Positions 37,416 through 47,755 of a DNA stretch of 64,000 nucleotides are shown here, piece by piece; positions within the stretch are counted from its first letter, which is position 1; each line of letters opens with the position of its first letter. Origin of the DNA: an uncultured Acidobacteriota bacterium (GTDB lineage: Bacteria; Acidobacteriota; Thermoanaerobaculia; Multivoradales; UBA5704); assembly GCA_963770895.1 (NCBI GenBank), contig CAVYRF010000002.1:3968001-4032000 (forward strand). The letters are read 5' to 3'. The notes beneath the pieces were generated by a model. The model worked only from the letters and a program-made list of their open reading frames with translations. It was not told where the DNA came from and ran no database searches. The translations under genes were made by a program, and so were the position numbers.

Positions 37416-38720
37416 GTGCTCGTGGAGCAGGACCTGGCGGCGGGCGGTGGCGGCGGGCGGCTCGCGGCAGCCGGCGGGCAGGGCCGCGCCGTGCTGTTCG
37501 TCGCCGGCCGCGACCCGCGCGACGAGGTGAGCGGCGGCCACTCCGCGTACGTGCGCGCCTATGCCCGCGCCGCGCGGCTCGCCGGCTACGAGCCGCACCT
37601 CTTCTGCGCCGCGCGCGACAGCCGGGTCGAGCCGGCGGCGTTCGGCACGGTCCACCGGGTGGCGTCGCCGGTGCGTCCGTTTCGCCAGGTTGTGGCCGGT
37701 CTTCACGCCCCCTGGCTGTGCCGCGCCATGACCCGCTTCGCTGCCGGCTGCCCCGGTCCGGTGCTGCTCCACGGCTTCGGCGTCTGGAGCCACGTCGCCG
37801 TTTTGGCGGTGCAGCGCCTGGCGGCGATGGGGATCGGCGCCGTGGCGGTGGCCAGCTCCTATACGACCTACGAAGAGGAGGCGCGCGCCGGAGTGCGGAC
37901 GGCGCGTTCCTACGGGCTGCGGCGGCGCCTGGGGGCGCGCGCCGAGCACCTGTGGATTCGCCTGGTGGCCGAGCGCTGGGAGCGGCGCGGCTACCTGCAA
38001 GCGCGCCGGCTGGTGCTCAATTACGAGTCGGTGCGGCGGATGGTCCAGGCCAAGTACGGCACGGCGGTGCGCTGCGAGCTGCTGCCCTACACGTGCGAGA
38101 GCGCTTTTGGCGAGGCGCCGCCGGCGGCGAGCGTCGGGGAACCGCCCGCGATCGCCGCGCTGGCGCCGGGCGACGCGCCGCTCATCGTCGCCGTGTCGCG
38201 CCACCTGCCGCGCAAGGGGCTGGACGTGCTGCTCCAGGCGCTGGCGCGGCTGCGCGCCGGCGGCGTGCGGTTGCGGGCCTGCCTGGTGGGCGGCGGGCCG
38301 CTGGTCGACCATCACCGCCGCCTGGCCGCCAGCCTGGGTCTGGAGGGGTCGGTCGTCTGCACCGGCGTTGTCGCCGCGGTCGAACCCTACCTGGCGAGCG
38401 CCGCGATCTTCGTGCTGCCCTCCCGCGAGGAGCAGAGCGGCTCGCTGGCGCTGATCGAAGCGTTGCGCGGCGGCCTGGCGGTGGTGGCGTCAGGGGTCGA
38501 CGGCATCCTGGAAGACCTCACCGACGGCGACGACGCCCTGCTGGTGCCGCCGGGCGATCCGGCGGCGCTGGCCGCCGCTCTGGGCCGCCTGCTGGACGAT
38601 CGGCAGCTGCGCTGCAGCCTGGCCCGGCGCGGGCGCGAGACGTTCGCGGCGCGCTTTGCGGCGCCGGTCGTGGCCGGGGCGCTGCGCCGCCTCTACGAAG
38701 ACCTGGGGGTGGCGCCGTGA
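37416..38720 (+). CDS. GT4 family glycosyltransferase
   Basis: VSRHLPRKGLDVL, FVLPSREEQSGSLALIEA, LLVPPGDPAALA. Confidence 0.9.
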   Translation: MLVEQDLAAGGGGGRLAAAGGQGRAVLFVAGRDPRDEVSGGHSAYVRAYARAARLAGYEPHLFCAARDSRVEPAAFGTVHRVASPVRPFRQVVAGLHAPWLCRAMTRFAAGCPGPVLLHGFGVWSHVAVLAVQRLAAMGIGAVAVASSYTTYEEEARAGVRTARSYGLRRRLGARAEHLWIRLVAERWERRGYLQARRLVLNYESVRRMVQAKYGTAVRCELLPYTCESAFGEAPPAASVGEPPAIAALAPGDAPLIVAVSRHLPRKGLDVLLQALARLRAGGVRLRACLVGGGPLVDHHRRLAASLGLEGSVVCTGVVAAVEPYLASAAIFVLPSREEQSGSLALIEALRGGLAVVASGVDGILEDLTDGDDALLVPPGDPAALAAALGRLLDDRQLRCSLARRGRETFAARFAAPVVAGALRRLYEDLGVAP

Positions 38721-40087
38721 CGCCCACGGGGCGGCGCGCCGCGGCCCTGGCCGTCGCCGCCTTGGTGATCTACAACGCCAACCTGCGGCGCATCGGCGAG
38801 GGCGACAGCCGGCCGGCGAGCCTGCTGCCGTTCGCCCTGTGGCACAGCGGCAGCCTGACCCTGGACGCGGTGGCGGCGCCGGCCTCCGCCGTCGAGCCCA
38901 ACCCGCACTACCGGGTGGCCTATTGGCAGTGGCGCTCGCCCGCGGGGCACCTGCTGTCGATGTACCCGATCGTCACGCCGGCGCTGGTGGCGCCGCTCTA
39001 CGCACCGGCTGCCGCGGTGCTGTGGCTGCGGGACTGGGACGACCGGCGGGTGGCGGCGATGGCGCCGGTGATGGAGAAGCTGGCCGCCTCGCTGGTCGCC
39101 GCGCTTTCGGTCGGCCTGTTCTATCGCCTGCTGGCGGGGCGGCTGGCGGCGCGCGACGCGACGTTGCTCACCGTCGCCTACGCCCTGGGCACCGGCACCT
39201 GGCCGATCAGCAGCCAGGCGCTGTGGCAGCACGGCGCCGGCGAGCTGCTGGCAGTGATCGCTCTGCTCGGTATCGAAAAGGTCGCCGCCGGCGCGGAGGG
39301 CCGCCGGCGGGAGGGCAGTGGGGCGCCGGTGGCGGGGGCGGTGGCGGAGATGGGGAAGGATGCGGGCACCCGCGGCGCGCTGGTCGCCGGCCTGGCGTGC
39401 GGGCTGATGGTCGCCAACCGGCCGCCGGATGGATTTCTGGCGCTGGCGCTGCTGGGCGGGCTGGCGGCGGTGGCATCGCGGCGGGCGGCGCTGGCGGCGG
39501 TGGCGATGCTGGCGGCGGTGGCGCCGGTGGCCTGGTACAACCTGCACTTTTTCGGGCGGCTGGCCGGCGGTTACGCCATCATGGGGCTGGCCGGTCCGCA
39601 TTCGTTCTATCGCCACCCGCTTGGCGCCGGAGTCCTGGGACTGCTGGTCAGCCCGGCCAAGGGGCTGCTGCTGTTTTCGCCGTTCCTGGCCTTTGTGCCC
39701 CTGGCGGCGTGGAGCGCGCCCCGGCGGTGGCTCGCCGCCTGGGTGGCGGCCGGAGTGGGCGGCCAGGTGCTGTTCTATGCCGTGACCGACTGGCGCGGCG
39801 GCGCCTGCTACGGGCCGCGGTTTCTGACCGACGCGATGCCGCTGGCGGTCTGGCTGCTGGCGCCGGCGCTGCCGCTGATGTCGGCGCGGGCGCGCGCCCT
39901 GCTGGTGGCCGCGGTGGCGGCGAGCGTCGTGGTGCAGGCGGTGGGCGCCTTCTGCTATCCGAGCGGCCGCAGCGACGACCGCTACTTCCCGGCCTCGTTG
40001 CCGCATGGAATCATCCCGGCTGCCGTCTGGTCGCCCGCCAACTATGCTCCGTGGGTCGAAGCCCGCGGCGGTCTGTGGCGCCCCTGA
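38717..40087 (+). CDS. Polytopic membrane protein, GT-C-like
   Basis: GTGA overlap with the GT4 gene; SQALWQHG, LLVSPAKGLLLFSP, YGPRFL; many TM segments. Confidence 0.7.
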   Translation: MTPTGRRAAALAVAALVIYNANLRRIGEGDSRPASLLPFALWHSGSLTLDAVAAPASAVEPNPHYRVAYWQWRSPAGHLLSMYPIVTPALVAPLYAPAAAVLWLRDWDDRRVAAMAPVMEKLAASLVAALSVGLFYRLLAGRLAARDATLLTVAYALGTGTWPISSQALWQHGAGELLAVIALLGIEKVAAGAEGRRREGSGAPVAGAVAEMGKDAGTRGALVAGLACGLMVANRPPDGFLALALLGGLAAVASRRAALAAVAMLAAVAPVAWYNLHFFGRLAGGYAIMGLAGPHSFYRHPLGAGVLGLLVSPAKGLLLFSPFLAFVPLAAWSAPRRWLAAWVAAGVGGQVLFYAVTDWRGGACYGPRFLTDAMPLAVWLLAPALPLMSARARALLVAAVAASVVVQAVGAFCYPSGRSDDRYFPASLPHGIIPAAVWSPANYAPWVEARGGLWRP

Positions 40088-40144
40088 TCGCGGGCCGCGG
40101 GAACCAGCGCCGGCCGCAACCGCAACCGAGAGAAGCAGAGCACC

Positions 40145-41734
40145 GTGGAACGACCCCCGAGCCCCCATCCCGATGACACCGCCACGCGCCGGTCCGCGGC
40201 GGCAGCCAGCCGCGCGGCAAGGGCGCTCGATTGGGCCGCGTGGGTGCTGCCCGCCTGCCTGGCGGCGGCGATCGCCTGCGGCTTTTGGGGATTTTCGTAC
40301 GACGACAACTTCATCACCTACCGCTACGCCCGCAACGTCGCCGAGCATGGGGAGCTGGCCTACAACCTCGGTCAAAGGGTGCTGGGCACCAGCGCGCCCG
40401 GCTACGCCCTGCTGCTGGGCGGTCTGACCCGCCTGAGCGGCGACCAGGCCTGGGCAGGCCCTCCCGCCTGGGGGACGCTCGGCGCCGTCGCAGCGCTCTG
40501 CATCGCAACCTTGGTGCTGTGGCAGCTGTTGCGTGCGGCGCCGCGCGGCCAGCGGTGCGGCGCGACGTTGCTGTTCGCGCTCTTTGCCGGCACGCTGCAG
40601 TGGAACGTTGAGATGCTGGGCGGCGAGGCCCTGCCGGTGTTGGCGCTGGTGATGGCCGGCGCGTACCTGGCGCTGCACGATCGGCCGGCGCTGGGCGGCG
40701 TCCTGCTGTCCCTGGCCGCGATTCTGCGCCTGGACGCGGCGCTGGCCGCCTGCTGCGTCGGCGCGGTCCTGCTGGGGCGCGACCGCCGCCTGCCGGTCAA
40801 GTTCGCAGCCGCCGCCATGGTTCCCGCCGCCGGCTTCCTGGCGTGGCTGTTTGCCGCCTTCGGCACGGTGATCCCCCACACCATGGCGGTCAAGCGATCC
40901 GAGCTGCTCGCCGGCGCCCGGTATACCCTGGGCGAATGGCAATGGCTGCGCCGCTGCCTGCCGGACGGGGGTGCCGCCTGGTTGCTGTTGCTGGCGCTGG
41001 CTGCGCTGGCGGTCGTCCTGGCCGGGGCATGGGCAGGGGGCGCGGGTGCCGCGAAGGCGGGTGGGTGGACCCCGGTGGCGGCCTCCGATCGTCTGACGGC
41101 GCAGGTGCTGGGCGTCTGGGTGGCGCTGCATGAGGTGGCGTATCACCTGCTGGGAGTCCCCTTCGCGCCCTGGTACCAGGTCTACCTGGTCAATGCGCTG
41201 CTGGCGCTGGCGGCGGTGGGGATCGCGCGGGTCGCGGCGCGAATCGGCGCCGTCCTGCCGCTGCCCGCGCCGGCACGCATCGCCGTTGCGGTGGCGGCGG
41301 CCCTGCTGATCGCCGCGCCGCTGGCCCCCGGCCGCTACGTCGCCGCGCACTGCGGCACGCCGCCCGACCCGCGCTATGCCGGCTATACGGCCGCCGGCGA
41401 CTACCTGCGCACCCACGCCGCGGGAACGCCCAGTGCCGCCGCAGTCGAGATCGGCTTTTTTGGCTACGCTTCGCGCGCCCGCATCCTGGACCTGGTCGGC
41501 CTGGTCAGCCCCCAGTCGCTGGCCGCGCGCGCCGCGGGACGCCTGCCGCGCCTGGTCGAGCAGGAGCGGCCGGACTACCTGCTGGACGCCACCCTGTTCC
41601 ACCAGCAGTACCTGGATCCCGGCGCCGATCCCGTTCTGGCCGCGGAGTACGGCGAAGTCGCCAGGTTCCCGGACGGGCGCGGCGCCGGGCTGGCCATCCG
41701 CCTGCTACGGCTCCGGCCGGACCGCGGCCCATGA
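40145..41734 (+). CDS. Polytopic membrane protein, GT-C glycosyltransferase-like
   Basis: DDNFITYRYARNVA..G.L.YN.G..V.GTS motif after TM1, about 10 TM, EIGFFGY..ILDLVGL periplasmic domain. Confidence 0.75.
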   Translation: MERPPSPHPDDTATRRSAAAASRAARALDWAAWVLPACLAAAIACGFWGFSYDDNFITYRYARNVAEHGELAYNLGQRVLGTSAPGYALLLGGLTRLSGDQAWAGPPAWGTLGAVAALCIATLVLWQLLRAAPRGQRCGATLLFALFAGTLQWNVEMLGGEALPVLALVMAGAYLALHDRPALGGVLLSLAAILRLDAALAACCVGAVLLGRDRRLPVKFAAAAMVPAAGFLAWLFAAFGTVIPHTMAVKRSELLAGARYTLGEWQWLRRCLPDGGAAWLLLLALAALAVVLAGAWAGGAGAAKAGGWTPVAASDRLTAQVLGVWVALHEVAYHLLGVPFAPWYQVYLVNALLALAAVGIARVAARIGAVLPLPAPARIAVAVAAALLIAAPLAPGRYVAAHCGTPPDPRYAGYTAAGDYLRTHAAGTPSAAAVEIGFFGYASRARILDLVGLVSPQSLAARAAGRLPRLVEQERPDYLLDATLFHQQYLDPGADPVLAAEYGEVARFPDGRGAGLAIRLLRLRPDRGP

Positions 41735-44700
41735 GGAGAGCGCCACCCGAAAGCCAATCGAGTCACTCCAGGTATTGGGCACGTTTCTGCTGCGGAAAGC
41801 GCAGCGCACGCGCTTCGCATTGTCCAGAAATGCCCCACCGCGCAGGACGCGGGGAGCTGTTGCCTTGGCGTCCAAATCCTCCCGCGCGTCGGCGTCCAGG
41901 TACGGATAGGGAGACCATGGCCGCGGGATCACTCCCGCCAAGCTCCGTGTCCACTCCCAGACGTTGCCGCACATCTCCTCGCAGCCGAAGGGGCTCGCTC
42001 CGCCATGGAAGCTGCCCACCGCGCTCCTCTCGAAGAGTCCGGTGGCGCTGAAGTTCGCTCGATTGGGATCCGGTTCACCTCCCCATGGGTACATCCGGCG
42101 GTCGTTGCCGCGCGCCGCCTTTTCCCACTCTGCCTCGGAGGGAAGGCTCGGGCGGATACGTCCTGCAGCCAGATCGGCTCCAAACGCGCCCAGGCATCCT
42201 TGCTGCCGCTGCAGCTCCTGCCCCAGCTCTCGCAGGCGCTCTTCCAGCCACCGCGAATAGGCAAGCGCATCACCCCAGCTGACGCGCACCACCGGGTGGT
42301 TTTCGGGACCATCCAGGCTGCCGAGGTCTGCTGGTCGATAGCCGCGGTCCCGCACGAACACTCGGAACTGTCCGACCGTCACCGGAAAACGTGCCATCCA
42401 GAAGAGGGGCAGTTTGACCTCGTGACACGGCATCTCTCGGTCCGCGGCCTGTGGATCGTCTTGCTTGTTGCTGCCCATACCGAAAAACCCCTCAGGAATT
42501 GGCACAAACCCGAGGAACGGCTCCTGCGACAGGCTCCACCGCGAAGCGTCGAAGCGCGGGTCCCCGATCGCGGCCAGCGCCGTCCCGGCCGCGCAACGCT
42601 CCCGGACTGGAAAGGACTCGGACTGGAGCAGGTGGAGGAGCCACCGCCGCAGCCGCTCGAGCTTGTTGCGGCGTGCCTTTTTGGGCGCCTGCGGAAGGTG
42701 CGCCGACTCCGCGACCAGCTGACCGGCGAGCAGGGCACCCCAATCATCGGCGGGTCCGCACTGGGGCTCCCCTGGTTCTCTCCGGCAGAGCGCATCCGCC
42801 AGATACCAGGCACTTGCTACGGCGCCGCGTGCTGCCTTGGCTCCCGCCAGCAGCACCGCCTCGCGCCAGCGCAGGGGATCCTCGCGACCCAGCCGCGCGG
42901 CCTCGCCCGGAAAGCCCTCTCCGGTGAGGTGACAAGCCGCCAGATACTCCTGAAACACCCGGTGTGCGAACGTATAGATCCCCTGGCTCCGCTCAACCAG
43001 CAGGCCGGCACGGTCCCGCAGGTAGGCCACGAGTTGCAGAGCATCCGCTCCGGGTTTGTGACTCACGCGAAAGAGACGGCCGAGCAGTCGACCCTCATCT
43101 ACGTCGCCGGTGCCTGAGAGCTCCGGTTGGGCACGCTGCGCTTCGAAGGCGAGCTCTTCGAGGACCTGTCGCACCTTCTGGCGATCCGCCTCGAGCCACT
43201 CGGACAAGCTCGGCTGCGGTAGCACCGGTTTGCCACTTTCGTCGAGCTCCATCCTCTGCCGTTCCCTGGTATTGAGGATGAGCTCGACCGCTTCAGAGTA
43301 GAGCTCTTCCCGCCGTTCAGGGAGGCTGCCACCGCGAGACATCTGGAGGCTCGCCATCAGTTTCAGCAGCAGTGGCGCCTCGGCAAGGGCGAGCAAACGG
43401 TCGCTGCGGGAGATGTCCCGTCGCAGCAGCTCGGCACGTCCCTCGGCGTCCTCCCTGTGGAACCTTCCAAGCGCTGTCACCTGTTGATACCAGAGTCCGA
43501 TAAACCGATCGATCTGCCACAGGCTGAACGGCGCCAGTACTGCCTCCTCGAAACCTGAGAGACGAGACGGTTCTTGATAGGCATAGGTCCGGCTGGTCAC
43601 CAGCACTCGGCTCTCTCCCAGAGCCTGGCAGAAATCCTCGACGACGCGGCGAACCTGCTCGCGAAGCCGATCCCCCTCCGGGACCTCGTCCAGCCCATCC
43701 AAGAGCAGCAGGCCTCTTCCGGTCAGCAGGGCGTTACGGACCAGCGAAAATGCCTCCCGAAGTCCGGCGGCGGCCAATTCACGCTCGATAAACCCCCACA
43801 AGATCATCGCCGTCGGCCGGTCACCCGATCTCGCCAGCCCTCGCGCCGCGAGGTCATGCAGCGAAATCCGCACCGGCAGGAGGCCGCCGTGATCCCAGGG
43901 CTGTGGCACCTCAGTGCGACTCCCGCGGTCCGTAGGCAGCGGCTCGGAGAGCAGCCGCAAATTGATCTCCGGCCGCCCCAGCGCCTCGCCGGACAAGCAC
44001 AGAGCCACGAAGTTGACGAATGTGGTCTTGCCGCTGCCAGGCTCGCCGAGAAGCACCAGGCGTTTGTGGGTGTTAAGTTGCCCCAATGCCGAGAGCCGGC
44101 CTCTCGGCTTGCCCGCGCGATCGCCTTTCTCCAGCGGAGATCGGGTCATCAGGGCGGTATAGACGGCGTGGAGATGCAAGCGGATCTCGCGGTCGGGATT
44201 CGCTACCACGGGTTCGAAGGTCGGGCCCAGGAAACCCGTCTGTTCGATGAGACGGTTCAGGTAGCCGGTCAACGCCGCGGCTTCGTCCAGCCTCTGCGAC
44301 GAGTTGGCCGACTGCACCACCTGTTCGCCGGCGAGCCCACCTGTGGCCGGTCGTGCCGAGTGGATCTGCTGCTGCAGCAGGTTGGTGACGACCATCGTCG
44401 CAAGCTTCTGCGGTTCCCGGAAAAAGCCCACGGCCTCCTCGCGCTGGACCCGCTCCCTGAAGCGGCGCTGCCGCTCCCTTGCTTCTGCAGAATCGAACAT
44501 GTTGTGCGGCAGCATAAAATCCTCTTCCGCCAAAAACATGCACCGCCGCTTCCCGGTCTTCGTTGCCTCCTCGTACTCGACTTCCGTGTAAGACAGCTCA
44601 CTGCCTTCCGGCCGGCTGCCATGCAGGACGCCGACCAGCCCTACGTAGACGTCACAGCTCGCCACTCGCGACCTGCACACGTCTACGGGTTGGCCTCCGG

Positions 44701-44824
44701 CAGGGAAATCTTCCATGCTCTCGCAGTGATGCCCAGCCTTCGAGATCGCTTCCCGGACCGCGTCGCGGTGCGCCTGAAGGTCTTTCGCCGTCGAGCTCAA
44801 GAACACGGTGGTATAGTTCGCCAT
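41705..44824 (-). CDS. DUF4062 - NACHT NTPase - FGE-sulfatase (SUMF1/EgtB-like) protein
   Basis: VFLSST.KDL..HR..CDVYVGLVG..GS..SYTE.EY (DUF4062); GEPGSGKTT and LLLLDGLDEV; F.H..FQEYLAA; LPSEAEWEKAARG, GNVWEW, RVLRGG, IGFRV. Confidence 0.9.
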   Translation of the reverse strand: MANYTTVFLSSTAKDLQAHRDAVREAISKAGHHCESMEDFPAGGQPVDVCRSRVASCDVYVGLVGVLHGSRPEGSELSYTEVEYEEATKTGKRRCMFLAEEDFMLPHNMFDSAEARERQRRFRERVQREEAVGFFREPQKLATMVVTNLLQQQIHSARPATGGLAGEQVVQSANSSQRLDEAAALTGYLNRLIEQTGFLGPTFEPVVANPDREIRLHLHAVYTALMTRSPLEKGDRAGKPRGRLSALGQLNTHKRLVLLGEPGSGKTTFVNFVALCLSGEALGRPEINLRLLSEPLPTDRGSRTEVPQPWDHGGLLPVRISLHDLAARGLARSGDRPTAMILWGFIERELAAAGLREAFSLVRNALLTGRGLLLLDGLDEVPEGDRLREQVRRVVEDFCQALGESRVLVTSRTYAYQEPSRLSGFEEAVLAPFSLWQIDRFIGLWYQQVTALGRFHREDAEGRAELLRRDISRSDRLLALAEAPLLLKLMASLQMSRGGSLPERREELYSEAVELILNTRERQRMELDESGKPVLPQPSLSEWLEADRQKVRQVLEELAFEAQRAQPELSGTGDVDEGRLLGRLFRVSHKPGADALQLVAYLRDRAGLLVERSQGIYTFAHRVFQEYLAACHLTGEGFPGEAARLGREDPLRWREAVLLAGAKAARGAVASAWYLADALCRREPGEPQCGPADDWGALLAGQLVAESAHLPQAPKKARRNKLERLRRWLLHLLQSESFPVRERCAAGTALAAIGDPRFDASRWSLSQEPFLGFVPIPEGFFGMGSNKQDDPQAADREMPCHEVKLPLFWMARFPVTVGQFRVFVRDRGYRPADLGSLDGPENHPVVRVSWGDALAYSRWLEERLRELGQELQRQQGCLGAFGADLAAGRIRPSLPSEAEWEKAARGNDRRMYPWGGEPDPNRANFSATGLFERSAVGSFHGGASPFGCEEMCGNVWEWTRSLAGVIPRPWSPYPYLDADAREDLDAKATAPRVLRGGAFLDNAKRVRCAFRSRNVPNTWSDSIGFRVALSSWAAVRPEP

Positions 44825-45103
44825 CGGCAACCTCTCGTTTCACGAGATTGTAGCAAGTGAATACTCGCCGAGACGCCTCGCCCGCTTGCCCGCCTTCTGG
44901 CCTGGCTTGCCATGGAGTCCGTTTGCTTCCCTGCCGCCAGGGTATGATAGTGGTCTGGGCCGTCTGGACGTGCAGGTGCTGACAGCTTTGCCGGCCAGAC
45001 TTGCGGTCGGAGGACTCAGCCGTTGACAGGACAGCCTCCAACATTGTCGGCGGGGCGACAGGGCGCCGTGCAAGTGCTTCCGGGCACGGTCGAGCAGCAG
45101 GCC

Positions 45104-47755
45104 ATGATCGCGGCGAACAAGCCATCCCATGACAGCGAGGCTGCGGTTTGCTGCCTGCACCACCTGTTCGAAGCGGCCGTGCGAAGCTGTCCGGATGGGG
45201 TGGCGGTCATTGCCGATGGTGTCGAGGTGCGGTACCGCGACCTCGACGGCCGCGCTGATCGGCTATGTCACCTGCTGCGTAGAAGCGGCGTTCGCGCCGA
45301 ATCCACGGTCGCGATCTGCTGCGAACGCTCGCTCGACATGGTCGTCGCCGTGCTGGGCGTTCTCAAGGCCGGCGGGGCTTACGTCGGTCTCGATCCGGAA
45401 CTGCCGACGGCGCGTCTCGAGCTGATGCTCGAGGACAGCAAGCCGATGGCGCTCATAACGCAGGAGCACACAAGGCATCGCCTGCATGGATTCCGCGGCG
45501 CGACCATCTGCATCGATCTCGAAGAGGGCGTGATCGACGGGGAAATGCCGCCGTTCATGCCGCCGGTCTCCGTCAGCGCCGGTAACCTCGCATACCTGGT
45601 CTACACCTCCGGTTCCACAGGCCGTCCGAAGGCGGTCATCGGAACGCACGGCAGCGCAGCGTCCTATCTGCGATTCATCGTTCACGCCTACGGGCTGCGG
45701 GCAGGCGACCGCGTTCTGCAACTCGCGTCGCTCAGTTTCGATGCCGCCGTCAGAGACCTGCTTGGCCCCCTGGCGGCGGGGGCGAGCCTGGTCCTGATGG
45801 AACCAGGGAAAGCCAAAGATCCCGTCGCACTCATCTCCGCCATCGAAGAACATCAGGTTACCTGTCTCCTCAGCATCGTGCCGAGCATGTTTCGGATACT
45901 GCTCGCGACGTCCTGCGCGAGCATCTCGCGTACAGCACCAACCCTGCGCCTGGTGCTCGTCAGCGGTGAACGCTTCTTCGTCGCTGACGCTCTGCGGGCG
46001 CGCCGCGCCCTTGGCCCGGCACTCGAGATCGTCAATCAATACGGACCCACCGAGTGCACCATGACTTCGAGCTTCTATCGCGTTACCGAGGCGGATGACC
46101 ATGTCCCGGAGGCCCCGATTGGCGGCCCTGTACCCGGTTGCCGCCTCAGCGTCCTCGTGGACTGGCAGCCGGTGCGGCTGGGCGTGCCGGGAGAGCTCTA
46201 CATCGGCGGCACTGGCGTCAGCCGCGGCTACTACGGGCATCCAGACCTTACGGCCGAGCGGTTCCTCCCTGACCCCTTCGCGCCGTCTCCTGGTGAGCGC
46301 ATGTATGCCACCGGCGATCTGGTGTGCTGCCTGCCGAACGGCGCACTCAGTTTTCTTGGCCGCATCGATGCGCAGGTCAAGTTGCACGGCCATCGCATCG
46401 AGCCCATCGAAGTCGAGATGGAGCTATGCCGTCATCCGAGTGTGCTGCAGGCAGCGGTAGCAGTAAGGGAAGACAGGCTGGGGGATCAGCGGCTCGTCGC
46501 CTATGTCGTGCCTCGCGCCGGAGAGCCACCGGTCGCCGAATTGCGCGAGAGCTTGGAGCAGAAGCTCCCTGCATGCATGGTGCCCACCATATTCGTGACC
46601 CTGGCGAAGCTGCCGGTGACCGCCAATGGCAAGCTCGATAGGCATTCCCTGCCAGCGCCCGAAGAGACAGTAGAAAAGATATGCACCGCATCAGCCATGC
46701 CGCGCAGTCCGCTCGAGCAGCAGGTAGCGCAGATCTGGCAAGAGGTTCTCGGCGTCGCGCCGATTGGCGTCCACGACGGGTTCTTCGACCTGGGAGGCGA
46801 CTCCATCCTGGCCATGCTGCTGATGGCTCGCATACAGGAGCGCTTTGGTAAAGCCTTGCCGCAGGACGAGCTTTTTCAAAATGGCACGATCGCCGGTCTG
46901 GCAAAGGCCCTGGACACGGGCACCAGCTCTCCATCTTTAGTAAAGCCCCTTAGAGTGGCCGGCAAGCACCCTCCCTTCTTTTTGATGCATCCTGCCGGAG
47001 GCACCGTGTTCCGGTACGAGCAACTGCTGCACCATATGGACCCAGAGCAGCCGGTGTTCGGCCTCCAAGCGCGAGGCGTGGACGACGACGGAGATCCGTG
47101 TATGCGGGTCGACGAGATGGCACAGCTGTACCTGGATGCCATCTTTGCCGTTCAGCGCCGCGGACCCTACCGGCTCGCCGGCTGGTCATTCGGCGGCTAC
47201 GTCGCTTTTGAGATGGCATGCCGTCTGGAGCGGCAAGGCGAAAAGGTGGATGTTCTCGCATTGATCGATACTCATGCCCCTGGCTATCGCCGGGAGCGAG
47301 AGGACGGGGAGGTCAGGAATCTCGTTCGGTTGGGTCAGCGGCTTGGTCTCGACCTGATTGCGCAGGAACTGAGAGATCTTGGCCCTGAGCAACTGTTGCC
47401 TCACGTCGCGAAGATGGCAGAGAAGGTCGGCCTGCCAGCCAGGGAGCATGCTCTCAAGTCCGTAGCTCGTTTGATGCAGGTTTACAGGTCGAATACCAAG
47501 GCGGCGCAGGAGTACATCCCCAGCGGTACGTATTCTGGCCGCATCAACTTGCTCAGCGCCGCCGAGGGGTTGCCGGCGGCCGAGGCGCGGCCGGTGTCGG
47601 ACGTTGCCGGCCAGGGTTGGAATCGCTTCACTGCCAAGCAAGTTGAGGTTCAGGTGGTCCCGGGAAAGCACTCCACGATCATCGATGGACCTCAGGCAGC
47701 CTATGTCGCAGAAGTGTTGAACCAAATTTTGGCAGACACCCGTGGCGGACCTTGA
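45104..47755 (+). CDS. Stand-alone single-module NRPS (A-T-TE)
   Basis: YTSGSTGRPK, NQYGPTE, GELYIGG, TGDL, NGKLDR; T domain FFDLGGDS; TE GWSFGG and PGKH. Start uncertain (TTG 45023 to ATG 45104). Confidence 0.93.
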   Translation: MIAANKPSHDSEAAVCCLHHLFEAAVRSCPDGVAVIADGVEVRYRDLDGRADRLCHLLRRSGVRAESTVAICCERSLDMVVAVLGVLKAGGAYVGLDPELPTARLELMLEDSKPMALITQEHTRHRLHGFRGATICIDLEEGVIDGEMPPFMPPVSVSAGNLAYLVYTSGSTGRPKAVIGTHGSAASYLRFIVHAYGLRAGDRVLQLASLSFDAAVRDLLGPLAAGASLVLMEPGKAKDPVALISAIEEHQVTCLLSIVPSMFRILLATSCASISRTAPTLRLVLVSGERFFVADALRARRALGPALEIVNQYGPTECTMTSSFYRVTEADDHVPEAPIGGPVPGCRLSVLVDWQPVRLGVPGELYIGGTGVSRGYYGHPDLTAERFLPDPFAPSPGERMYATGDLVCCLPNGALSFLGRIDAQVKLHGHRIEPIEVEMELCRHPSVLQAAVAVREDRLGDQRLVAYVVPRAGEPPVAELRESLEQKLPACMVPTIFVTLAKLPVTANGKLDRHSLPAPEETVEKICTASAMPRSPLEQQVAQIWQEVLGVAPIGVHDGFFDLGGDSILAMLLMARIQERFGKALPQDELFQNGTIAGLAKALDTGTSSPSLVKPLRVAGKHPPFFLMHPAGGTVFRYEQLLHHMDPEQPVFGLQARGVDDDGDPCMRVDEMAQLYLDAIFAVQRRGPYRLAGWSFGGYVAFEMACRLERQGEKVDVLALIDTHAPGYRREREDGEVRNLVRLGQRLGLDLIAQELRDLGPEQLLPHVAKMAEKVGLPAREHALKSVARLMQVYRSNTKAAQEYIPSGTYSGRINLLSAAEGLPAAEARPVSDVAGQGWNRFTAKQVEVQVVPGKHSTIIDGPQAAYVAEVLNQILADTRGGP

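Noticed and set aside
38693-41602. Long antisense or alternative-frame ORFs (e.g. 969 aa here, 914 aa at 57303, 819 aa at 30884)
   Set aside because: Shadow ORFs expected in very high-GC DNA; they have no motifs and overlap well-supported genes.
41705-42100. DGR variable region in the FGE-sulfatase C-terminus
   Set aside because: No reverse transcriptase and no template-repeat copy visible in the window.
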